NCBI GenBank assembly: GCA_030141605.1 | Contig: JAQGDQ010000175.1 | Location: 124,001 to 188,000, forward strand | Direction: 5' to 3' | DNA: 64,000 bases | Source of the DNA: Tubiluchus corallicola | Lineage: Eukaryota; Animalia; Priapulida | Shown: one piece after another, positions 1-13,564 of the stretch | Numbering within the stretch: the first letter of the stretch is position 1 | Layout: each line of letters opens with the position of its first letter | Program-made: the position numbers and the translations under genes | Notes under the pieces: generated by a model | The model's database searches: none | The model's input: only the letters and a program-made list of their open reading frames with translations | What the model was told of the DNA's origin: nothing

Positions 1-569
1 AACGTGAAACAAGAATACATGAAAAAAATGCGTGAATGAAAAAGTCTAAATATTTGTAGCTATCATCAAACAGGCCAATTGTTATAAATGATTGGGTTTC
101 CTAATAGCAAATGTAGTGTTGAAAACGAACAAATTAGCAATGTGAAAACATTCTGCGTTATTGTCTACTGTGCAAACGGTTAACTCCCAGTACCACTCAC
201 CCCCAGCTCGGTAGCCATGACTATTCGTATATGATCTATTTGTTCTTGTGCAAACTTGTGCATTTTCTATTATTATTATTGATAGCCTCAGCATAGACAC
301 AGATTATTAATGTACAAGAAATCGTCTTATAACATCATTAAAGACAATTTAAACAATACGTTATGTAATGTCTTAAAATTTTTATTCCACATATTATAAA
401 ACTATCAATACTGCATATATTAACGATATTCTGAATTTTGTAATTATCAGTTTGGAGGTTCGGGGATGGAAAATTGGAGATAGCACGTGTCACTACGAAT
501 AAGCTGCCTAAAGTAACAACATAATGTGTAATGAAGACCACACCCTGTCACAAGTCTAAAACATAAAAA

Positions 570-1200
570 GAAATGAGTTTGATGAATTGGAAAGTATTCA
601 AGGAAAGTCAATAAGAATTATGTTGGGAATGGCTAATACTATAAGTTTCTGGGGGTTATTATCAGAATTGGGAATTTGACCAGTTGTAGAACGTATTTGG
701 TACAAAAAATTTATGTTTTATAGAGCTCTACTAATATCAGGAAGTGAAAGGTTAGCCAGGAAAGTTGTAGCACAGCAAATGAAATACCGGCATGATGACA
801 ATTGGCATATTGAAGTTGAAATTATTGCAATCATTTATGGAATTAATATTGACAAGGAGTAATAAATGGGAACAGAAGGATTATTTTACAAAATTCAGTC
901 AAGCAGAAGTTAAAAATATTTTGGATTTGAGTCTTAATATGGTCAAAGTAAAAGCAAATTTTAAGGGTTCATTTATAAGAAATTAAATATGTCCCATGTG
1001 CGAAAGTGAATTAGACATAACGTAACATTTATATGCTTGTAGCAAATGTAAAATAATTAACGAAATTCTAGGTGAAGTCTCAACAGAGGATGTTAAAAGC
1101 TGTTGTAGTGAGAATTTGTTGAAAGCATCAAAATATGTGAATGATTGTTTGCTTTATAGGAAAAACATTTTGAAGGAAGTTGGTGAAGTAACTTTAGAAG
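570..1200 (+). mobile_element. Degenerate non-LTR retrotransposon ORF2 3' fragment
   Basis: Interrupted frame ...LNMVKVKANFKGSFIRN*ICPMCESELDIT*HLYACSKC gives a CxxC-x8-H-x3-C zinc knuckle typical of LINE ORF2 C-termini; in-frame stops; boundaries approximate. Confidence 0.55.
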
Positions 1201-1787
1201 AAGAATAAGGGTGCTGCAGTGTTGAAGAACCCCTGCAATCGATTTCATCATTTGCCCATACAGGCGGAGAGGTGTGAGAGAAACCACAAAAACCACGGAA
1301 ACAACAAGTGATTAGCCCAAAAATAAACTGAATTTGAATCAACTTTAGGGACGCCCAAAATGCATTTCGCGGAATGAGGGTTTAGGTATCTAGTGCCTGT
1401 TTTTACAAATTTTAGTATTTTTATTGAATGTACGCACGGTTCTTACGAAATTAGTTAAAAACGTGTTAATTTGTTGCTGATAGGTTGGTATTAGCAACCA
1501 GTGACACGGACAAGTTTCGCAAATTCTAGCTTATTTGTATTTGCCTTTGCATCATTGTATGCATGTTACAGCGTGAATGTTCTGTTGGCCTTGTAGTGTT
1601 GCGCAAACCCTGCTTCCTTACGTTCACAGCAATCAGACTTGAACTTCTCGAGAAAAATTTGCTGTTATAAAATTTTCAAACTTAGTGACTTCTTTGGTTT
1701 TGTGACCTTGTCAGTTGCCATTTTGCTGTGAAAGTAGCAAAAATCTTGTCCTTTTATTAAAAGTATTAACTACACTTATTTAACAAT

Positions 1788-4700
1788 ATGTCGGGTGGAG
1801 CAGGAGACATTTCAATACCTGAAGACGGAAACTTTTCTGCACACAATGAATTTGAAATGGAAAATGAGAACAGTGATGAAACAGAGCCTGGAAAGCCAGA
1901 CACTGTCGTACACTTTTCTCTTCCTGAACGCATGCGACGTAAAGCAAAGCGGCCATCCAAATACTTGCAAAAGCTTGAAATGGGTATAGTGCAAGCAGCT
2001 GGTACTGGCGAAGCCCCAGATGGAATGGGTATTCCAGAATCAGCAAATAAACTAGAACGCCAAGCTAGGCACTTGTCTGACAGGAAAAGTCGTTCTGGAA
2101 AAGGACGTGGGCTGCCAAAAAAAGGTTATGAATTTTTCACATTAACCACTTTACAAAGTTTAGAATATATGTACAGCAGACTTAATTATTTTGTATCATA
2201 TCTAATAGTCCCACTGAGCTCCTATGCTAACATACATATTAAAAAATTATATAAAACGTGTCACATATCTCGTATTTTCACCTAATACGTTATTAATTTC
2301 TAGACAAGTTGTGCTTAATGTCTGTAAATTTTTATTCATGCACTTCGTATTTGAATAAAACAGGTTGCTAGCTGCAAAGTATTCAGCACTCTTAATTTAT
2401 ACGGCACACACCTAGCGATATACTTCGCTGCTGACCAGCGAAACAGATTCGTGAACAGTAAGCCATAGGCTCTATAGGTGGTTAATTCTCATGGCTGCTT
2501 TATGACTGTGCTTTAGCGTCTTTACGGTTTGATGAAAACAGCATATTCAGGCTAACTTAATTTTTAATTACAAGGCCCAAGAAACTGTTAAATCAATCTA
2601 AAGTTATAAACCGAAACTGTGCCTAGCATTGCCAGTGTCAAAATCCTTGGTCCCCTAAAACATATCTATCCACAGCCCATAGTTTTATTTGTTCACCGAT
2701 AATCATTTATACTGCATTTTGTTTATTTCATATTAATGATTTCTTTGATCCCTAGAGATATGAATTAAGCAGAGTTGACTGTGTTCATTGGTGTTTTAGA
2801 TTAACTTAACATAGAAATAAAATTTAACATAACATATCCAGCTAGAAATAAGTGCACACTGCACTGTCAGCTGCTTCATTTGCAGCTACATAGGTTATAT
2901 ACATAGGGTTTATGTTGTGTTTTCTGAACTAGGTGAATGTAGATTACTTTGTTATTGGAGTTTGAAGACAGCTAATGATTCACAAATCATAAATTAGCAC
3001 ACATGGTTTATTTAATTTGCTTACTGATCAGAGACTTTTGGTTCAAATTTCAATCAGGTAAAAAGGTCATTTAATCAGGGCAACATGTTATATTTTGCCA
3101 TGTTCAAAGCTGTTTTGTAGTACTTTGAGTTATTGCACTTTCCTACGCTTGAAGTGTATGTACTAGCTGCAGTGTTTCTCATTAAGAAGGCATAGAGAAA
3201 GCATGCTGCTCGTGCAGAAATAAGTTTCACGTAGAGCTTCTGCTGCTTGCTGTCACCAAGTTCATACTAGCAGGAGTATTACACGTATTTAATATTGAAC
3301 CTTCTTTGTCTACATTGTCTGAAATGACTCTTTGGAGTCAGAAACTGTTTGGCATCTTTGCTAAGGTGCCTTTTGTTGGTGTGATTACTCCGTAGGCTCT
3401 AGTAGAAAAACTAGCTTATGATTTTTTATGACGGTTCAACTGATTCTTTCATAGCGACAAATATTTGTGTAGTTTTGACACCCCCGTAGTATTGAAATCA
3501 CTCTAACTTTCCAAATTTGACAGTTGCTGTACATGAGTCTACCCTGCACTGGCTATTGAATTGACAACCAGCACTCCCAGAATGATCTGTAGCTGTGTAC
3601 AAATTTAGCGTACTTGAATTAATAATTATTTTATGAATTAGTTTGCTTGCAACAGATTTTTCACAGGCTGAAAGTTTGATAGCTCATATACAGTTTTATT
3701 AACAAGTAAAATCTACAGAAATTACCGCTAGTTACTATATACAACATGTAACTGATTGCCACCCAAGTGATAAATCCAGCTGTGAAATTGTTCAAAATTT
3801 CAAAAAACACAAAAATGTTGTTAATATTTTTTTCACTCCTCGTATATTATACAGTCAAAAGCATAATAGCATTCAAGTGTGTTCAGGGTACTGTGCACCG
3901 TCAGCGCTTGGTATTGTTACATTCTGTGAGCACACACCCAGATGACAACAAAAATTACCTTGGCATGCTAATAATAGCCTGTGCTAATGAGTGGGAGAAC
4001 AGTTCAACATTCGCTGCTACGCTGAGTTGCTGTACAAGCGCAAAGCAAAACTTTTATCCACAAGTTATGCAAAAAACTTTTTCAAAGACTGAAAGCAAAA
4101 CATAATAATAGAACTTTTTTGTTCTTACGTGATTTACTTATATGTTGGTCCTTTCCTTTCAAAATTTCATTGAATTTCGAGACTGGGAAGTTTAGCTAAT
4201 CACAGATGACGAGTAAATGTATGTATCCATCGGGACGGGGTTATATGACAAAGTAACAATGAGAAAGTAATTGAATTACAATTTATCTGCATAGAAAGGC
4301 TGCAAAGGCACATGTATAATTTTGTCTATGCAGAAAGCAACATTATGGGTATTTTAATAGCATACTATCCCAGTCTTTATAAGATGATTATTTGCCAAAT
4401 CATATTATGTACAATTGTTGTTTGCCTAATTATATTAGAATGCTGAACAATAAAGAGATAAACCACCAGTATTCTTAAGTATTATTTTAAGGTGAATAAC
4501 AGACTGCTAACAGGAAAAAACAAAAGTTGTGTGTTTTTACAATTCAGTGTATAGAGCTATGCTGATATGTGTTTTATTTTCTTCTAGGTGGCGCTGGTGG
4601 AAAAGGCGTATGGGGTAAACCAGGATGTGAGCTCGCTGACACTAAGATTGACCAGAATGATCCAAATTATGATTCTGGTGATGAAAATTCCAATGTAGGT

Positions 4701-7199
4701 TATTCAGACTTTAATAGATTGAAATAGAATTTATTTTTCTGTGCTTCTGAAATTATTTCTTTCATTATTGCACATTAATTAAATAAAACTTTCTTGAGAA
4801 TGTAAAAAATATGTCACGTTATGTCAGAGGATAAAAGTTTCTCAATTAGGATTGTTGGCAAAATTCGGTTTGCTTATGATGTCCATCACTTTAAAAATTT
4901 TCACTAACAGAGTTTTAGAGTTAAAACACGCAGCTAGACAATCAATGTACTAAGGACTTTAAAGCATTGTATTCTTCCTTACAGTTTTTTTATTGTTTTT
5001 GCTTGTCAGGAAGTTGTTGTTGAAGAGATCAGTCCGGAATTGTCTGTGGATGAAGTGCATAAAGAAGTTCAGGATGTCATATTGGAGTATTTTGAGCACG
5101 GTGATTCTCATGAAGTCACCGTAAGCATTTTTGCAGTACAATTCCTTGTCAGTATTTTTAGTAGGCTAGTTTAACATGTTAACTGTAAATTTAACTTGAG
5201 TTCTAGAAATGGACATTGCTGCAGACGTGTTGTAAATGACACTATTCATTTTGCACAGTATCATTTTTGCTACTAACCTTATTAGACTTCATACCTAAAA
5301 AAGGCATGTAGGCTTTGTATTTAATTAATTTAAACTTACTAAACTGTAAACTTTCTTCGCAGATTTTATTTCTTTAGAATTTTGGTTATAATTTGGTCTT
5401 ATTTTCAATTTATTTTATTCAAAAACATCGGATCTCTTGTTAACCATATTTCTTGGCAATTTCTACTAAACTGTGTAATTTTAAAGCTTACACTCGGAGA
5501 GTTAAACTTTGGAGAGAATAAGAACCAAGTCGTGTACAAGATCATTTCTGTTGCCATGGATCATAAAGGAACTCAACGTGAGTTGTCGTCACGCACGATT
5601 GCGGATTTGTACGGAACTGTTCTGTCACAAGAAGACGTCATGGGCTCTTTTGATCAGCTGCTGAGAGATTTGCCTGATCTGACTCTGGACACACCTGATG
5701 CACCACAGGTAAAGTTGTAAGTTATTGCCTAGATACACAATAGTAAGCAAATAAGTACAGAGAGTAGAGAATCATGCAAAAAAGAGTGATAGAGGCATTC
5801 TGAATATCATAACTTTTGTTTACATACTAAATGTACATAATGTAACCATTCCATTTATAACATCGAAATGCATATAGACAGCAAATAATTTGAATATTTA
5901 TTTGCAGTTGCCATAATATATTTTTTCCATAAAATCACAGGGATCTACCAAATAAGTACTAGAATGTGCTTAAAGTAATGGGAGTCTACCAAATAAGTAC
6001 TAAAATGTGCTTAAAGTAATGGGAGTCTACCAAATAAGTACTAAAATATGCTTAAAGTAATGGGAGTCCTCCAAATAAGTACTAAAACGTGCATAGAATA
6101 ATAGGGGTCTGCCAAGCAAGCACTAAAATGTACATAAAATAATGGGTTTACCAAATAAGCACTAAAATATGCATAAAATGGTGAAGCTCTACGAAATAAG
6201 CACTAAAATGTGCACATGCGCACACATGCACACACGTTCATACCACATTTACAATTATCGACATAATTGTTATTTATTCTGTGCACATTTCAACAAAATG
6301 CCATTTTAAGGGTAAAAATTAAGCTAAAATAAACAACCAGAACATTTATAACATTAAAATTACAACAAAACATTATAAATCAACAGAAAGAAAATTAAGT
6401 AACAAGCATACAAGTGAAGTCTACAAATTTTCACTCGTGAGTTTGTAATGGTTTTTTTTACTTTGTTAATATTAGTGTCTGAAAAATGCTGATTATTTCT
6501 TTGGCTTAATTTTATCATTGAAAATGGCATTTTTGCTGAAACAGTCGTCTGCAGTCAATAACCAACATGTTGATTCCCATTCAATGGACGACATGTTGAT
6601 TCCTACTTAATAAGCAACGTTGATTGATTTGGTTCCTAGAAGCTGGCTCTTTCATATATTTGTATTTACCAATGTCAATTGAATAAGATAAGAAGAAAAG
6701 GTGTTATTACCTCTGTCAAACAACAAGACAGACTGAAACAATTATAAATCTCTGTAATATCTGCCTACATAAAATGTAAGTGTGTAAATAATATGCCTCT
6801 TGATTAACTGACAGATGGGTTAAGAAAGCTGTTTTATGCTTGTATGTTTAGACTGTGTTTGTCACTAATAAGTGAAGCTTTGCAGTCAGTAAAGAAGTTT
6901 TTTAATTTTATTTTGGAGTATCTAACTGTCGCTGACATTGTTTTGTTAATATTTTCAGGTCTTGGGCAACTTTATAGCCAGAGCAATAGCAGATGACTGC
7001 CTGCCACCAAAATTTGTTCATAACTATAAAGGGAAGGTAGACAACAGTCATGCAAGGTACTTTGTTTAATGTATGGCACATATATCACAGCAGACATCAT
7101 CGCATATCACACAGCTTGTAGTAGCTTTGCATGTTACAAGAGTATGATTATATGGCCAGGATTTTTTCTCTGGTTATTTCAGCATCTGTCTAACAACCA

Positions 7200-7238
<39 letters not shown>

Positions 7239-10200
7239 ACTTTCAATTAAGTACAGTTATTATTATTTACCTCATTTAAAAAGTAATATGGTATTTTATT
7301 GGATGAACTAGAGACTATAATTTAGATGTGAATGTTTCAATATGTGAAGTGACATAGTAACTCATGTAAAGCAAATGTGGAGCAATTTTAGATAATCACG
7401 TATGATGCAATGGTAAGTTTTGATAATTTTGTTATTGCAGCCAAGCTTTGGAGAAAGCTGAGGTATTAATGAGCATGAAGCATGGGATGGTTCGTTTGGA
7501 TAACGTCTGGGGAATTGGCGGTGGTATCAGGCCAGTCAAGATTCTGGTTAAAAAGGTGACAAAGCGTTACCCGTTAATGATTATGTTAAGCAGATATGTA
7601 CTGGTTTAGTTATATATGTATATACAAATTTCTCCAAATAACAGTGAAGCACTACAAGTTAAAAAAGAAAATAACACTGTATGTCCAGAGAAATAAAATC
7701 CTAACTAATTTTCTAGTGATCAGAAGTATCTGTTGGCATTCTTCTTAAAGCAAGCAAAATGTAGTTAATAGTGTAACAACTCATAAAAAAGATTTTGCAC
7801 CATAAAAAAGAACCTAAGAGAAAAACTAACTCCAATATAGCCAGTAAGTGATAGTTTAAAAGACTTTTGAGTGTTGAGTAAATGTTAGTTAAATAAGACA
7901 TTTGTGCGATGAGTAAGTGATAGTGAAAAAGATATTTGTGTGATAATACTTTACCTATGATTTCTGCCTATAGATGGTGCTGCTGCTGAAGGAGTACCAG
8001 TCTTCTGGTGATATAGCCGAAGCTACCAGATGTTTATTGGAATTAGAGGTTCCACACTTCCATCATGAGTTAGTGTATGAGGTACATTTTTCTGCTATTT
8101 CCAGTTACGTGGGAGAATTTTTTACTGTTTGTACTTCGTGGCTTTAAATCTTAACAAAATTTTAACCAAATTGCGCAGGTCTTGGTATGTGTTTAAAATA
8201 AATCTTAAACGGTATAAGAATCATAAAAAATTTATTTAAAATATAGAACGACAAACTAATCAAACATATTTCAACACCTATACTTGCAAAGGTACTTGTA
8301 TAGATAGCAACTAATCACCTGTATCTATGTAGAAGCCTGATAAAGGTGATTAACTCTTTTCTATACCTGTATTTTTGCAGCAATATTCATTCCAACGATG
8401 ATGAAGCTATAACCAACTCATTCCACCAGTGAGCCATAGTCATTTGATTCGACTGATACATAGATGTTGAAATTATGAAATATGTTTGGCTATTTTAGTG
8501 TGTTTTATTATTATCTTAAATAATTTTTTTTAAGATTTGTATACTCTAGCTAGTTTTAAGTGTATTTTAAGCTTGTTATATGTTTTAATTCGCCATCATT
8601 TATGGAATGAAAAAAAGATAACTTGGTCTGTTTTAATGAAATAAAGGTGTACTTCATTCTTTAGGCAATTGTACTGGTATTGGAAGATGGCACGGAGAAA
8701 TGTTCTATGATGATGGCTCAATTATTGAAATCCCTCTATGATGCAGTAATCATAACTCCTGTCCAGTTGGCAACGGTTAGGAATTTTTTAACAAAAAATT
8801 CGGGTTGCGCAGACAAAATGTGCCAAAGTTTAGATTGCAACAGCATTAGAAACAAGTGCTCTACAAAGTTTAAATTTCTCGGCGTGATACTATAGTACAT
8901 TGACTCTTGGCTGCAAAAGCTACGAGTTTATAGTTTTAGTAGTTTTTAGGTTATGGCCAAAAAACTTACATGTGAAAAAGTTAAATGCTGGAACAAAATA
9001 TCAGCTAATCATTAATTGAAAAACATTTATTTATTTTACTAATAAACACTCATTGCGTATAGCAGCTGTTTTCAGGCCGCACTGAGCCATTTGGTGCCAT
9101 TTGAGAAACTAAAGTCAAAAATTGTTGACCACTGGGACAAAATACCCCCTAAAGAAATGAGAAACTGTGTCGGATGTTGGGAGAAATGCCCTTGTCTAGT
9201 TTGTAGTAAAAATGGTGGAGACATAGAGCACTTACTCAATATTTTTTTCTGCATTTAGTTTATGAATGAATGATGTAAAAAAAATTTGGTGTTTATACCT
9301 AAACGCATGTAACATCAGTGTAGTAATTTTAAACCGGTTCCATTTTTCATAATATCATGATCAAAACTTCAGCATGTTTTTTGCACTACCTGATATACTC
9401 TGTTACCATTGTGAAGTGTGGTTTTTGTAATTGCTACAAACAAGGTAGGTATACTTAAGCATACGACTAAAGAAGGGACATCCGGTTTACTACAATGGAA
9501 GACTTTGTTATGGTCCGTTACACTAGCAGTTGTTAAATTGTCAAACTAAAAGTCATAAAAAATTCAGTCTAAATACTTGCACGTTTCTATGACATCAAAT
9601 TTTACTCTATCAAACTGTGATAATAACTATTCAGCAAGGAGTGTCAGATTATGGCGCCAACATGCAAATGTGCTTTGTTATAAACTGTGCTAGCTTCTGC
9701 GATTGGAAAACAAGAAACTTGAAAAAAAAGAGGAGTGATTGAAAAATGGCTACAGCGAAAAATCAAAAGGGGAAGAGTTATAGCCTTTCAAAGAATTGAA
9801 AGTTGACGTGCCGCATGACTTTTTGAATTGTACGCACATGCCTTGACTATATATTGCAGGAATGTCAACGGAGGCCATGATGCACGAAGCTAAACACACA
9901 TTTAACTAGCCAGCGCCTATACAACACATCTACAGTACTGTCGCAAACTGGCTGAAAGCACTATAGCAAAATCAGAATTTTATTTCTATTACTACTGCTT
10001 CTACCTGTCCAGGTTCCAGTATCAGTCAGCCAAAAATACTGATCATCGTATATTTATATGTTTTGCTGGATTAATAATAACAAAATTAGGAACAAATGAC
10101 TTTAACGTTAGTTTCAATGTAACATTCAATCAGTTACATTCAATGAGTGTACTTTAATGACCGTGTAAATTCAGTTATATTGTAAAGTAACGCCTAGGGC

Positions 10201-13200
10201 CTTTTTAAGTTTTGCAATAGATCTAAATTTAATTTTTAGTTGTCTTTAATTTCCTCCATCCACGCGAAAATGAGCTATCGCATGATGTCACAACTCACGA
10301 GCTCATGAAGTTATCAGCTGTTGAGTGATAATAAGCAATATGACTTATCCATCTCGTGCTTCACCCACAGTTTCAAGTCAAGGTTTTTATTAATTACAAA
10401 CAACAGCACAGAAGAGAGTGAACCAAAGTTGGGAGCTAGGCAACACACGAGGGAGTGAATCAAGGTTGGGAGCTAGGCAGCACACGAGGGAGCGAACCAA
10501 GGTTGGGAGCTAGGCAGCACACGAGGGAGCGAACCAAGGTTAGGATCTAGGCAGCACATGAGGAAGTGAACCAAGGTTGGGAGCTGGGCAACGCACGAGG
10601 GAGTGAACCAAGGTTGGGAGCTAGGCAGCATACGAGGGAGCGAACCAAGGTTGGGAGCTAGGCAGCACACGAGGGAGCGAACCAAGGTTAGGATCTAGGC
10701 AGCACATGAGGAAGTGAACCAAGGTTGGGAGCTAGGCAACGCACGAGGGAGTGAACCAAGGTTGGGAGCTAGGCAGCACACGAGGGAGCGAACCAAGGTT
10801 GGGAGCTGGGCAACACACGAGGGAGTGAATTAAGGTTGGGAGCTAGGCAACACATGAGGGAGTGAACTGATGTTGGGCGGTACGCAACATACGAAGAAGT
10901 GAATCGGGGTTGGGAGCTTGGCTTAAGAAGCTTCAAAGAAAGAATACATCCATTCACTTTATGTACATCATCCCAATTTCATTGCTGAAAAAAGGAATGG
11001 ATGAAGCCCCAATCAGATTTATCATAACAAGGCGCTACTCACTGAAAAGACTGGAAGCTGCGTTGGTCAAACTTTGAGTGAATGAGCAAAACGATTAGGA
11101 AATCCAAAAAGTGGAAGTACATCAGCGATTAGAGCAAGGAAAGAGATCCTTCTCTCTTTGTACAATCTATATTGTTGAACACAAATGCAATCTGGCGGCT
11201 TTGTTCTTAATTGTCTTACTCTTGCAATTTCTTGCAAGTTATGAAGTGCCTTGCTTTACACATTTGCAGCAGCAAAAATTCAAATATATATATTTGTGTT
11301 TTTTTCATGATGGATGTTTATTTGTAAAATTTGGCAAATAGAGGTTTTAAATTTCTTACTTTTAGCTTTACTAGTTGTGCTTACTTGATATTTGTAGGGA
11401 TTCCATCGTGCAACTGCTGAGCTGTCAGATCTAAGTCTAGACATCCCAAATGCTGAGACCTTTCTTGAAAGATTTGCTATTGCTTGTCAGAAACTGGGAA
11501 TTTTAACCAAGGAACTCATGCAAGAATGCACTAGCAGGTAGTTGATTAAAAACATGTGCATTAAAATTTTAAGTATAAAACTATGTGTAAAATCAGGAAA
11601 AAGTCTGGATATAATAGACCTAAAATAGGCTGGATAAAATCTTAACATATTCAGTTAAGAAATTTGTCATAAGTTCTGATTAGATTGTCATCTTCTAACT
11701 ATCGATCACTGAGGTTTTCTCCACTGATTGTAGGTATGTCTTTTTTGCTTAAACATATCAAGCATATTGTATTTTTAATACAACATAATGATGATGATAA
11801 TCAGTTATTTGAATTCCCCAAGAAATGTTTTTATTAACATTCCTTATCAGCGTCACATTCTTGCAAAATTGGAAAAAGGACAGCTTAAGAGAAAGCCTGT
11901 AAATGTTTCTTCTTAGAAGTATGCTCTCTATGAGAGCCAGCGCATCTGTTTACGTTGGTTTATTACTTTATAGCAATTTGTTTTATTTTTTAGTTTAAAT
12001 TGTACTTTGTCAGAATTGCCCAATGTACTGTTTAATAGAATTTTTTCAAAACAAATTTTTTTTTACTGACTACTATTTTTTACCTTGTGCATTTGTATAA
12101 GAACACCAGTCCTTGTTTGAACTATGGTTATTAGGATAATGCGAGATTTGAAATCTACTACTAACTCTGGATTTGTAAATAAACTGTAGCAGAATAAGTT
12201 ACTTGGCTTAGTCTGACCAGGTGTCTGTAATTTTCAATGGCTGAAATGTTCTATTTTCCTTTTTTGTGTCTTCCTTGCGTATTACTCAAGTTTTCAGGAA
12301 TGGCCAATCCTTCCAGAAAGTTAGGCTTATTTCAATGTTTGTGAAAATTGTTAGAAGAGTTTAGTAGTAAATAAAAGTGTGATAAGGCACTGATGTAATT
12401 AATAAAATAACTTTGTAGTCACAATCATTTTATGCCTGAGCACTCCGGCTTTTGAATGCCTAGTCGTCCAACAAAAATGCTGGTCATCAGCTGAAGAAGA
12501 GCAGCATACTGTCAATTTCCGCCAAAAATATAATAAGTTTTTATTAAAATTTAGTGATAGTTTTACTTGAACATTACTATTATATTAGGTTATTTATTCA
12601 ATTCAGAAATACAATTGTACATTTACATGAATAAGATCATTACAATTAAAGATAATTGACTAATGTTAGAGATAAGGAGAAACCACCAGACACCTAGCGA
12701 TATGTGATAAGTCATAGCGTTAGAGATAAGTGAAAGCACTTACGCTGAACCACATTATTCGGTCATTTTGGTTAAATTTACAAAAATCATTAAAATCAAA
12801 TGCGAGTAGTTTAACAGAAAAAACTAAGCTGTTTGCATGGACAATCTCTGATGCTACACCGTTCCTCACATCAGTCACCCTGTTTGCAAAAGAGCATTTA
12901 AAAACATCAATATGACGATAGATTTTATACAATTTGTAACCATGGCCCTTTAAACAGAGGCTAGGCGTATATGTGGAAAACTCGTTAAAACTTAAATCTA
13001 TAAGGCCATTACAAATTTTGAACACCATTTTCATATCAAAAATGAAACGTCTGGTTTAGGTAAGCGCTAAAACTCTGAATTTCTTTTAAACAACGTGTGA
13101 TTACGGAAAGTCCACCAGTTATGTCATAATTTTCAAGTGAATGGAGGCTGACACCGCGCCTAAAAATTCTACAGTATAAATTAACTTTATGGTTTATAGA

Positions 13201-13564
13201 CAGTTTTTTGCAATTTTCTGTGTTATATTTCTCTAAGTTTAAGTGATAACAGTGATAAAATAAACCCAACATGCTCAGTAACTGGTCCTTATTTTTAATG
13301 TTTGTCAGTTTACAAGCTGCAGAAGTGATGTCGATCCTTTTATGCAAAGAATTTATTTGTGTATTTTATCAGAAAACTATTTAATTTTATTCAGTAAATT
13401 ACTTTATAATTAGCTTCTGTACAGCTAAATAAGATTGTTACGAAATAGACAACTGATAGGTGGGTCGATTTATTTATACAAACGTTTTTTGCAGAGGGCG
13501 CAAACGATTCATTTCGGAAGGTGATGGCGGAAGAGTAAAGGAGGTGCCAATTATTGATCTGTGA
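1788..13564 (+). CDS. PDCD4: Programmed cell death protein 4 (two MA3 domains, eIF4A inhibitor), 472 aa
   Basis: Exons 1788-2124, 4588-4694, 5010-5120, 5487-5708, 6959-7056, 7441-7555, 7974-8081, 8665-8775, 11398-11537, 13495-13564; all GT-AG, phases consistent, 1419 nt. Motifs [93 protein letters not shown]. Confidence 0.97.
5945..6212. repeat. 41-bp minisatellite, about 6.5 copies, PDCD4 intron 4
   Basis: Unit CTACCAAATAAGTACTAAAATGTGCTTAAAGTAATGGGAGT, decaying towards the 3' end. Confidence 0.9.
7202..7234. repeat. (TA)n microsatellite
   Basis: Pure TA run. Confidence 0.95.
9060..9340 (+). mobile_element. Tc1/mariner transposase C-terminal remnant
   Basis: Translates to ...[40 protein letters not shown], resembling the W...R..V....GG.IEH end of Tc1/mariner transposases; TIRs not identified. 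Confidence 0.5.
10405..10922. repeat. 37-bp G-rich minisatellite, about 14 copies, PDCD4 intron 8
   Basis: Unit GAGGGAG(C/T)GAACCAAGGTTGGGAGCTAGGCAGCACAC; explains spurious ORFs 10473-10685 and 10769-10957. Confidence 0.95.
12590..13035 (-). mobile_element. CR1-clade LINE 3' fragment
   Basis: [12 protein letters not shown]...[10 protein letters not shown]...[28 protein letters not shown] matches the CR1 ORF2 end pattern (RGHxxKL...F.NRVV..WN.LP...V.A.SL), followed by a 3' UTR-like segment. Confidence 0.8.

Noticed and set aside
8397-8456. Possible C/D box snoRNA in PDCD4 intron 7 (GATGATGA...CTGA)
   Set aside because: No convincing terminal stem or recognisable rRNA guide; such motifs are common by chance in AT-rich DNA.
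10405-10922. CRISPR-like regularly spaced repeats
   Set aside because: Units are contiguous with no unique spacers, there are no cas genes, and it lies in a eukaryotic intron; it is a minisatellite.
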